33,303 bases of DNA from a virus: positions 1 to 33,303 of the IMG/VR virus record IMGVR_UViG_3300029849_000019; one strand, 5' to 3'. The position numbers were made by a program, and so were the translations under genes. The notes under the pieces were generated by a model that made no database searches, was not told where the DNA came from, and saw only the letters and a list, made by a program, of their open reading frames with translations. Shown in pieces: positions 1-6,770 of the stretch (positions are counted from its first letter, which is position 1; the number at the start of each line of letters is the position of its first letter).

Positions 1-99
1 TTCATTTTGGCGTACCATCTCATCATAGACGGGTAAATACCTCCGATGCCGCCAGCCGTGCGGAATTGATGCCCGTGCGCAAATAGCACTTTCTTTCCG
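1..99. repeat. Terminal overlap: bases 1-99 are identical to 33205-33303 (circular closure or terminal redundancy of the assembly)
   Basis: Compared base by base, 99/99 identical. Unique length is 33204 bp. Confidence 0.95.
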
Positions 100-896
100 T
101 ACACGTCGATATAAGCGAATTCACTTTCGGGGATAATGAAACTAAATTTTGTCAGCCCCATAAGTGTTAAAGTGTGTTCGATGTCCTTGTACATGAAATA
201 TTCATGGTTCATCTCGAAACCGTTGCTAAACTGCATCTTTTTTGTAGTCCTTGAATGGTTTCCGCATATGCCGATAACGGTTATCTTTTCGAGTTCCGGC
301 AATTGGTCGTGAAGGTATTTAAGCCCGGAAATAATTAGGTTCTTAACAAAGCTAACACCGCGCATCGGGGACATGCTATTCGTTTGTTCGAGTTCGGGGT
401 GGATATAGCCGCCTATCATATCGCCAATCAAACCGATAACCAAGTTGTCCACGGGTTTTTTCTTTATCATGTACGCGGCATTCGCAAAGAAATTAGTGAT
501 ACGCTTTTCTGCAATATCCTTGTTATACTCGTTTTTGCCCAATACTGTAGAAGCCTTTACTACTTCGTCAGCGTGCCAGTCAGACGCGATAAGAAACCCG
601 GTGTTGCCCTCGTCGAGTGATGTCTTTTTCTTCGGTGTGATGTGTACCAGTTCGACGGGCGGCGCGTCCTTCTTCAAACTGATAATACCCTTTAATTCTT
701 CTTCGTTGTAATAGCTTTTAAGCTCCTCTATCAAGGGGTCCGGGTCAACAATGGGCTGTTGTACCCCTACTACTGCTTTGCCCTCTCGAGTTGCCCAGTA
801 TGCCTTGTTTACCTTATTATATTTTTTCAACGGTTTTCCCGTTACCTTTGAAATTCTAACACCTTCTGCGTTTACGTATGAATCGTATTTTCCCAT
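1..896 (-). CDS. Calcineurin-like metallophosphoesterase, 5' part. The gene wraps the window ends and continues 33204->33000, for 366 aa in total.
   Basis: ATG at 896. The minus frame was checked codon by codon and is open to base 1, and it is in frame with ORF 33000..33293 through the overlap. Motifs present: DWH (DxH), GDMIGG, GNHSR, HGH. Confidence 0.75.
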   Translation of the reverse strand, partial: MGKYDSYVNAEGVRISKVTGKPLKKYNKVNKAYWATREGKAVVGVQQPIVDPDPLIEELKSYYNEEELKGIISLKKDAPPVELVHITPKKKTSLDEGNTGFLIASDWHADEVVKASTVLGKNEYNKDIAEKRITNFFANAAYMIKKKPVDNLVIGLIGDMIGGYIHPELEQTNSMSPMRGVSFVKNLIISGLKYLHDQLPELEKITVIGICGNHSRTTKKMQFSNGFEMNHEYFMYKDIEHTLTLMGLTKFSFIIPESEFAYIDVYGKKVLFAHGHQFRTAGGIGGIYPSMMRWYAKM

Positions 897-958
897 TTTT
901 GCTTTTTATTTTTGGGCGGCATTACACCGCCCATTTATTAAGCTGTTTAATTGAATTG

Positions 959-1498
959 TTAGTTGAAAAGGTCGTCGTTCTCGTCTTCAAAATCGAAATC
1001 GTCAATGCTTGTTCCGCCGTCAAGTCTTTCATCGTCTCGTGTCTTCTGAACACCGTTCAAACCTACGCCGATACCGTACTTACCGGTAAACTCATAAGGG
1101 TAAAATGATACGGCTACGTTGCCCCAAGAACCGCTATAAACCTCATTCGGGTCTGTGATGTACTGTTTCTTACCGTCGATTACGATAGGCGCTCCTTGCT
1201 TCTCTTTGCGCTTTGCGTTGATAAAGTAGCAACCTTGATACTCGGCACCGTCTTTTTCTTCGTCGCCATCTCTTAATGGGTTAGTCCATACCTTCGGGTC
1301 TTTACCGTTCAGTTTCGGGTAACGGGCTTTCAACCCCCTAAATTCTTGTTCTATAGCTTCCTTAATCTTTGGGACTTCCGGGCTATCCTTCGGAATCAAT
1401 AAGCATACACTGTAACTTGCTTCTCCTTGTCCGTTGACTTGTTGCGCTTCAAACAATCTAACATAACTCAATCTCACGTTCTTAATCATTGCTTTCAT
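959..1498 (-). CDS. Phage ssDNA-binding protein, DUF2815 family
   Basis: VRLSYVRLFE, NPLRDGDEE, YFINAKRK and SGSWGNVAVSFYPY resemble DUF2815. It has an acidic C-terminal tail DDFDFEDENDDLF and sits next to a DUF2800 nuclease. Confidence 0.8.
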   Translation of the reverse strand: MKAMIKNVRLSYVRLFEAQQVNGQGEASYSVCLLIPKDSPEVPKIKEAIEQEFRGLKARYPKLNGKDPKVWTNPLRDGDEEKDGAEYQGCYFINAKRKEKQGAPIVIDGKKQYITDPNEVYSGSWGNVAVSFYPYEFTGKYGIGVGLNGVQKTRDDERLDGGTSIDDFDFEDENDDLFN

Positions 1499-1561
1499 AT
1501 TCTACAATTTTTGTTTTTGCCCTCTAATCGGTTCAGGCGTTCCGTTTTTAATTTGGTGATG

Positions 1562-1603
1562 CAAAGATAACAAATAAATCAATAGGTTGTTTACTCTGTT
1601 AAC
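1562..1603 (-). promoter_or_regulatory. Early promoter family copy P1 (upstream of the SSB gene)
   Basis: Minus strand reads GTTAACAGAGTAAACAAC-N16-TATCTTTG. It matches the TAnnTTTG -7 box with the same N16 spacing as the other 5 copies. Confidence 0.55.
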
Positions 1604-1907
1604 CTTGTTTAACTTTAAAAGTCTTTGGTGCTATTGAAATAGCATAGTCTAAGTCTCTTTGGTCTGCCACACATACGATAAACTTCGGGTCATCTTTGTA
1701 GCATGTTCTAAAGGCATATCTATTTAACTTTTTGATGGCTTTAATCTCGTCCGCGCTGAATCCCTTTATAGCTACCAAAAGTTTTTGCATGTCTTTAGAG
1801 GTTCTTTCGAGTTCTTTCTTGCTCCAGGTACGGAATTGCTTTTTATTCCAAAACTTGGTTCTTTCTTGAATCTCTTTCTCTGTTAAAATACCGTTGTTAC
1901 TTTTCAT
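1599..1907 (-). CDS. Hypothetical protein (102 aa, basic)
   Basis: ORF with ATG directly downstream of the P2 promoter and conserved leader. Confidence 0.6.
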   Translation of the reverse strand: MKSNNGILTEKEIQERTKFWNKKQFRTWSKKELERTSKDMQKLLVAIKGFSADEIKAIKKLNRYAFRTCYKDDPKFIVCVADQRDLDYAISIAPKTFKVKQG

Positions 1908-1933
1908 ATCGTTTTGTTTTTAAATTGATAATG

Positions 1934-1975
1934 CAAATATAACGCTTTATCTGATAAGTTGGTTCTTTCGTTAAC
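1934..1975 (-). promoter_or_regulatory. Early promoter family copy P2
   Basis: Minus strand reads GTTAACGAAAGAACCAAC-N16-TATATTTG, followed by leader CAATTTAAAAACAAAACGATATG. Confidence 0.65.
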
Positions 1976-1980
1976 TTCTT

Positions 1981-3159
1981 TTATGAATTTAATTCATCGA
2001 AGTCATCAATAGTAGGGCTTATTTCTTCTCTCTTATCGCTTTCGGGGGCTAACGTTGGCAGTCCTTGCGGCTTGACTATCAGACCATCAAGAGTTGCGGC
2101 GAGCGGTTTCTTGCCTACCAAGCGTTCCAGGTCTCCGATACCTTTCAATTTGGTGTTAGTTATGTCCTCGGTAGATAACCCGATAGCCTTTAGCCGCTCT
2201 ATGGCTGTTTCCGTGTCGTTTATGACACGCGCTGACCTGCCCTCTACGAGTTTCCACCCCTTGACCTTTTCTCCCCGTGTGGCGGCTTGCATTGCGAAAG
2301 CCTTGACCGATGCCAGCCAGTCGGTGAACATATCGGACTTGCTTAGTATATCGCCTATCTCGTCAAGCGTTAGCGCCTTGGTGTCCCCGTAGGTCTCGAA
2401 CTCGCTAACCAAAGCCTCTTTCTGTGCCCTGCATTGCGCTTTGAACTTGCAGAACTTACAATGGCTACCTACTTTGGTTTCCCCTTGTCCTGCCCATGCC
2501 TTTTCGGCGGTGGGGCGGAGTACGTGTATCGCCCAGTGGGTCAAGTCCCGTGCGGACATCTCGAATACCGAGTAATTGCCTAACCGTACTTGTGCGATGT
2601 GCATACGTACCGTTTCAATCTTCGCGCGGTGCGATGGTTCCAGGGAGTTAAGCACCCCGATAGCGTACATCATTAACTGGCTATTCCCGTTGGCGTCTAC
2701 TTGTACGCCCTTACCGTATTTTAGGTCGATTATGTTTAGAACCGTGTTGCCCACTATATCACAATCGCAGCTACCGAAACACTCGGGTACGTATGTTGTT
2801 AGGTCGAACTTCCGTTCTATGCTCATTTTAGCGTCTTCCTCCAGTTCGTATATGTCACACACGTAGCAAACGTAGTCGGTTACGTAGTGCTCCATCTCTG
2901 AACTGCAGTATTTGTTGTTGCGTATCTCATCGGGTACGGGCAATTCGTCCAATAACGGTATGTATTCCCCGGCTAAATACTTTTCTATCGCGTGCTCTGC
3001 CAACTCGTGCGCTACTGTCCCTTCTTCTGCTGCCGCGCTACTCGTGCTCTCATACGGTTCTTCCAACCGTGCGGACGGTGTGCAGTTAAGCCATCGGTGC
3101 GAGCTGCTCGGAGAAAGTAGGGCGTGTGCCCTACTTGTGTGGTCTACTTGTACTTTCAT
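1981..3159 (-). CDS. PD-(D/E)XK exonuclease, DUF2800 / Cas4-like with a Cys cluster
   Basis: HRWLNCTPS, GTVAHE, CDCDIVG...IIDLKYGKG (D...DxK), NSQLMMYA and C-terminal CKFCKFKAQC. Confidence 0.8.
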   Translation of the reverse strand: MKVQVDHTSRAHALLSPSSSHRWLNCTPSARLEEPYESTSSAAAEEGTVAHELAEHAIEKYLAGEYIPLLDELPVPDEIRNNKYCSSEMEHYVTDYVCYVCDIYELEEDAKMSIERKFDLTTYVPECFGSCDCDIVGNTVLNIIDLKYGKGVQVDANGNSQLMMYAIGVLNSLEPSHRAKIETVRMHIAQVRLGNYSVFEMSARDLTHWAIHVLRPTAEKAWAGQGETKVGSHCKFCKFKAQCRAQKEALVSEFETYGDTKALTLDEIGDILSKSDMFTDWLASVKAFAMQAATRGEKVKGWKLVEGRSARVINDTETAIERLKAIGLSTEDITNTKLKGIGDLERLVGKKPLAATLDGLIVKPQGLPTLAPESDKREEISPTIDDFDELNS

Positions 3160-3164
3160 TCTTT

Positions 3165-3746
3165 TTAATCGTTATAGGTTTCAATACGTTGTTTCAATAG
3201 CTCGTACTTCTCGGGCTTGATGCGCATAAGGGATGCGCCGCCGAACTCAAGCATGATATCCGTTAATTGCGGACGGGTGATTTTCCCGGTTTTCATTAAA
3301 TCAATCATGAACGCCTGCATGTCCTTCGCCGTTAGCGGCTCCTTTGAGGCTTTTTCCGGGGCTTTCTCCTCTTCGGTGGGTGCTTGTACGGGTTCGGGGT
3401 CAATCGTCGTTTGCGGGGCTTCTTTTACAGTCTTTGGCTTTACTACCTTTTCGGGCTTTTTCATTTCCTTCTTCACTTCGGCGATAGCTTCGGTAATTGT
3501 TTCCTCTGCAATAGCTACCGCTGTGGCTTCGGGATTTGCTTCCTTCTTAAATTCTTGAACGGGTGCGGCGGTCTGTGTAGGTTCGCTAAACGCCGGTACG
3601 CTTGTACTGTTTACGGTGCTTTCTGTAGGCGCTGACACTGCATTAAGCGGCGCGCTTCCAAATAGACGGTTCATTAGGTCATTTACAAATGCTACTTCCT
3701 GCTCGTTTGTAACGTCAAAATCGATTGTTAACGGTGTAATCTTCAT
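3165..3746 (-). CDS. Hypothetical protein with a long P/E/T/A/K-rich disordered centre
   Basis: 193-aa ORF tightly packed between the nuclease gene and the upstream gene. Its composition is low complexity. Confidence 0.6.
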   Translation of the reverse strand: MKITPLTIDFDVTNEQEVAFVNDLMNRLFGSAPLNAVSAPTESTVNSTSVPAFSEPTQTAAPVQEFKKEANPEATAVAIAEETITEAIAEVKKEMKKPEKVVKPKTVKEAPQTTIDPEPVQAPTEEEKAPEKASKEPLTAKDMQAFMIDLMKTGKITRPQLTDIMLEFGGASLMRIKPEKYELLKQRIETYND

Positions 3747-3779
3747 TTTCTTCTTTTTTTTATATGGTGAATAACTAAT

Positions 3780-4057
3780 TTACGCTTCCTTGATTTGTTT
3801 GGCTTCTAGAATGGCTTGTGCGACCTTGGCTACTGTCTCGTTATAGAACTCGTCCCACTCGTCACAGTTGATATACATATCTTCAACATCTACGGGGAAT
3901 TGGGCGCCGTCCAGCCTTTGAGAATAGTAAGAGAATATAAACCCCTCGAACGTTGGCATTTCCTGCACTGCGTCAATAACTTGGTATTTGTTCTTTCTCG
4001 CGCTTGCCTGCAAATGTTTTTTTTTACTTCCTCGATAATAAACTTTTGCTCTTTCAT
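3780..4057 (-). CDS. Hypothetical acidic protein whose frame is interrupted at an A9 tract. The ATG at 4057 is out of frame with ORF 3780..4013.
   Basis: The P3 promoter, conserved leader and ATG at 4057 open a frame that stops after ~49 codons. A -1 shift on GTA AAA AAA AAC (T-run at 4017-4025 on plus) joins it to the 77-codon ORF, which otherwise has only a TTG start. Confidence 0.45.
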
Positions 4058-4082
4058 AACTTTATTTTTTAAATTGTTGGTG

Positions 4083-4124
4083 CAAATATAACGCTTTTGC
4101 TAATACGTTGGTTCATCCATTAAC
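4083..4124 (-). promoter_or_regulatory. Early promoter family copy P3
   Basis: Minus strand reads GTTAATGGATGAACCAAC-N16-TATATTTG, followed by CAATTTAAAAAATAAAGTTATG. Confidence 0.65.
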
Positions 4125-4338
4125 GTTTTTTATTATATATTGCTTCCAGCATGGGTTGCATGAAGTTGTATGATACCCCCTCGAACTGGTAGCTGTCAAA
4201 ATGCCCGTCGAAACGTACCTCTGTGAAAGGCGCGCTTTGCTCCGTGCCGTTATCATCTAAGAATATAAGGATGTGGCTTTTCATCTCGAAACCACCCTCT
4301 TTAATCGTCTCTCTGAAAATACAGTCAATCGCTTTCAT
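4120..4338 (-). CDS. Hypothetical protein (72 aa)
   Basis: ORF with ATG preceded by the A-rich leader CGATTAAAAAGTAGAACTATG. Confidence 0.55.
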   Translation of the reverse strand: MKAIDCIFRETIKEGGFEMKSHILIFLDDNGTEQSAPFTEVRFDGHFDSYQFEGVSYNFMQPMLEAIYNKKR

Positions 4339-4372
4339 AGTTCTACTTTTTAATCGTTTTATAACAGATAAA

Positions 4373-4402
4373 CGTTTGCGGTTTTAAAAGGTTCACCGCA
4401 AA
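4373..4402 (-). terminator. Candidate intrinsic terminator / stem-loop
   Basis: 9-bp stem GTTTGCGGT/ACCGCAAAC with a 12-nt loop, 28 nt after the stop at 4430. It is flanked by an A-run and by U-rich sequence. Confidence 0.45.
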
Positions 4403-4429
4403 CCTATTTTTTATCCAAATCTTTTAAAG

Positions 4430-4687
4430 TCATTCTTGTAAACCAAATAATCTCTCTCTCTCACTGAACTCCCATCCGCCATACAATCTGTCAAGATAAT
4501 TTTTAATCATTCTCATACAAGCGCCTCTCATATAATTCTTTTCCTTAAACCGCTTAAGATAAGCGTCTAATTCATCGTAATTATAAGTCCCGTCTTCATT
4601 AAAGACTTTGGAACCGTCGGTATCGAAATTTCTGATTTCGTTTATCTTCTCGTAAATACTGCTCTTAAGTTCTTCAAGTGATTTCAT
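4430..4687 (-). CDS. Hypothetical protein (85 aa), first gene of the early block
   Basis: ORF with ATG downstream of P5 and a long leader. Confidence 0.6.
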   Translation of the reverse strand: MKSLEELKSSIYEKINEIRNFDTDGSKVFNEDGTYNYDELDAYLKRFKEKNYMRGACMRMIKNYLDRLYGGWEFSERERLFGLQE

Positions 4688-4774
4688 AACTTTATCTTTT
4701 TAATCGTTTATTTCCAATTTGATGTCCTGGTGACCTCCTGCCATCCGGGAAACCCTTGTTTCCTTTTGACATTG

Positions 4775-4806
4775 CAAATATACGGCAAATAGCGATAGGT
4801 TGTATC
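4775..4806 (-). promoter_or_regulatory. Early promoter family copy P5 (leading promoter of the early block)
   Basis: Minus strand reads GATACAAC-N16-TATATTTGCAATGTCAAAAGGAAA, near-identical to P6. It is followed by a ~80-nt leader containing the hairpin GGAAAC-CCTT-GTTTCC (4748-4763). Confidence 0.6.
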
Positions 4807-4896
4807 TCTTTTTGTGCTAATAAACCTTAATCAAAAGTGAAAAGATGTAAAGAAATAGCCGGCGCAAGCTAAAGTGCTGATTTCCAATGGCGTAGA

Positions 4897-5116
4897 CTGC
4901 ACTGCACAGAAACACACCTAAATTCCTAAACTTTAATATAGGATATGGTGGTTTATACAGCTCGTTCTATAGTGGTAAATGGTATTTTCTCCAGGATAAT
5001 GTTTTACCCCCTTTTTACTGTGCATACTGTGCATTTACATATAATATATTATAATATAGAGAGTTAGAGTGCACAGAGACCTGCACAGACCCACTTTTCT
5101 ACTGTGCAGGCTGTGG
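4897..5116. repeat. Twin intergenic element, copy A: TGCACAG/CTGTGCA heptamer array around an AT-rich palindrome
   Basis: It aligns with 21618-21826 in the same orientation, with a core of ~135 bp that is highly similar. Heptamers start at 4903, 5018, 5027, 5070, 5082 and 5102. The palindrome ATAATATATTAT is at 5041-5052. Confidence 0.85.
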
Positions 5117-5129
5117 TTAAGGGATGTTA

Positions 5130-5163
5130 ACGAAAAATGGAGAACTGTTAACAGCCCTCCATT
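5130..5163 (-). terminator. Candidate terminator ending the late block
   Basis: Stem AATGGAG/CTCCATT encloses the palindrome CTGTTAACAG. It lies 7 nt after the stop at 5170 and is followed on the minus strand by TTTTCG. Confidence 0.5.
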
Positions 5164-5169
5164 CCCTAA

Positions 5170-5763
5170 TTATTTTAGCCTTACCGCTATGTCTATATCT
5201 ATCTTTGATTTGGGGTTTTTGTTTGATATGTCGTGCTCTATAGCCTTGACCCCCCATCTGAAAAACAAGAATCTTTTCTTCCGGACTGTGATAACACCCG
5301 TTATCGTGTCCCTACCTTGGTAGCTTAATTCCGTGCTATCCCGTTTAACCCTCGCTTGTATCGTGTTCCATGCGTCCCGGTATTCGGCTATCAACTCGCC
5401 GGCTATCAACTCGCCGGCTACCGTATCGGTACGCACAACTTCCTTTATTACTGTCTTGGTAACGGTACGGGTTGCAGAAAGCGCATCTTTTACCCGGACA
5501 TTAAGCGCGTCCACCTCTTTATATAGGTCTGCGTTCGTCTTCTTTAGCTCCTTGTGCGACATCTCTAAAGCTTTACGCTTCACCGCCGCATCCCCGAGCT
5601 TGGTTTTGTACCCTATCTGAGCATCGTTCATCGCCTCAACGTTACGTTCTAAACGTCCTATTTCGGCTCTTTGCTTCCTTATGGTGTCTACCATCTTGGT
5701 TATTGCACCAAATAGCACCATAAGGACTGCAAAGCCTATAATTATCTTTTGTAGTTTATTCAT
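5170..5763 (-). CDS. Membrane-anchored coiled-coil protein, candidate lysis accessory (i-spanin-like)
   Basis: N-terminal TM segment IIIGFAVLMVLFGAI, then a long coiled coil. It is the last gene after holin and endolysin. Start chosen at ATGAATAA, which overlaps the endolysin stop. It contains an internal 15-bp tandem duplication (AGELIAGELIA). Confidence 0.5.
   Translation of the reverse strand: MNKLQKIIIGFAVLMVLFGAITKMVDTIRKQRAEIGRLERNVEAMNDAQIGYKTKLGDAAVKRKALEMSHKELKKTNADLYKEVDALNVRVKDALSATRTVTKTVIKEVVRTDTVAGELIAGELIAEYRDAWNTIQARVKRDSTELSYQGRDTITGVITVRKKRFLFFRWGVKAIEHDISNKNPKSKIDIDIAVRLK
5386..5420. repeat. 15-bp tandem duplication (GGCTATCAACTCGCC x2.3) inside the CDS
   Basis: Read directly; it encodes the repeated GELIA. 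Confidence 0.8.
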
Positions 5764-6271
5764 AGCGTATCGCATTAATACGGTTCATCCACCCCTTGCG
5801 GTATTTCTCGTTTTTGGGTCTCGCCTTGCATATCTCATCTATGAACTTTGCTCTATCGTCTTTAATCATTTTAAAGAGCGTAGCCGCGTCCATAGCATTA
5901 ACGGCTGCAATTGTCTGTTTGCCTACGATACCGTCCGCCTTGACGCCTAAAAGACGTTGTGGGCGCTTTATACCGTGCGAACCAGAAGCCCACACCCAGT
6001 CTACTACGATATTGGCTACCGCCTGGCTGATGATGTCATCAGCTTTCCACCTATCCCAATACAACGACTTGAATACGTCGTGCCATTCGGCATCGGATAT
6101 GTTTTTCAAGTCCTCGACGGTTGGGGCTTTTTGCCCCTTCCGCTTCTTGTATTCGGTGAATGCGCCTATAGTGATACCTTTGTTCGTTGCACCCCCCAGG
6201 TCGTCCGGGTCGTTAACGAAACCGCCTTCCCACTGTAGGATGAACGGTACTAATTTACTGCTGTTCGCCAT
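5756..6271 (-). CDS. Endolysin, GH108 lysozyme-like N-terminal domain with a C-terminal peptidoglycan-binding-like domain
   Basis: FILQWEGGFVNDPDDLGGATNKGIT matches the GH108 signature EGGyxxDPxDxGGxTxxGI. Confidence 0.85.
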   Translation of the reverse strand: MANSSKLVPFILQWEGGFVNDPDDLGGATNKGITIGAFTEYKKRKGQKAPTVEDLKNISDAEWHDVFKSLYWDRWKADDIISQAVANIVVDWVWASGSHGIKRPQRLLGVKADGIVGKQTIAAVNAMDAATLFKMIKDDRAKFIDEICKARPKNEKYRKGWMNRINAIRYE

Positions 6272-6770
6272 CTTCTTTCTCCTTTTCTTCTAAGGGTATT
6301 TCAAATTCGCCGTCCTTAATTTTTTTCTTAAGTTGGAAATACTTGCTATTTACTATACTATTTAGCACTTTCACAAATTCATTTCCCGGCTGCACTACCC
6401 TAAGGTTTCTTGTTATGTTACGCGCGTATATAATAAGGAATATACCTGTGAGCACCTTTACTAAAAGCTTGTAATCTATTCCAGGCTCCAGCATGTTGCA
6501 CGTGAGGGCCACAAGGAACAGAATTGCATTGGTTAAAAACAATTCCTTAACCGCTTGCATGGTCTTTTTGTGCTTATAAGGCTTTCCTTTTGTCCTATCT
6601 GCCGAATAGCCGGCTAACCAGTTCAACACGGTAACGATAACCACTAAAAATATAAAGTCCCGTATATCCGTAACTACTGTCAGAACGGTAACAGCAAAGA
6701 ACGTGCGGAAATAGGTCTCTAATTGTTCTATCACTTGATTAACCCTATACGGGTGTTCGATACTGTACAT
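6255..6770 (-). CDS. Holin-like membrane protein (3-4 TM segments, charged C-terminus)
   Basis: Hydrophobic segments FFAVTVLTVV, FIFLVVIVTVLNWLAGY, AILFLVALTC and LTGIFLIIY, with a KE-rich tail. It lies directly upstream of the endolysin. Start taken at ATG 6770, because the track start at 6803 is a TTG. Confidence 0.55.
   Translation of the reverse strand: MYSIEHPYRVNQVIEQLETYFRTFFAVTVLTVVTDIRDFIFLVVIVTVLNWLAGYSADRTKGKPYKHKKTMQAVKELFLTNAILFLVALTCNMLEPGIDYKLLVKVLTGIFLIIYARNITRNLRVVQPGNEFVKVLNSIVNSKYFQLKKKIKDGEFEIPLEEKEKEDGEQQ

Noticed and set aside
897-958. Hairpin TGGGCGG-CATTACA-CCGCCCA between the SSB and phosphoesterase genes, considered as a terminator
   Set aside because: On the transcribed (minus) strand it is followed by an A-run rather than a U-run, so it is not a convincing intrinsic terminator. 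It may be an RNA stability or processing element, but I cannot support a call.
4700-5170. tRNA or other small RNA genes in the two large intergenic regions (also 21250-21990)
   Set aside because: I could not find a cloverleaf-compatible sequence or a T-loop motif (GTTCGAATC-like) by eye. A proper tRNA scan is still advisable.
5069-5323. Plus-strand ORF starting inside twin element A (MHRDLHRPTFLL...)
   Set aside because: It starts at a GTG inside the heptamer array and runs antisense into the last late gene. The equivalent frame is not preserved in copy B.
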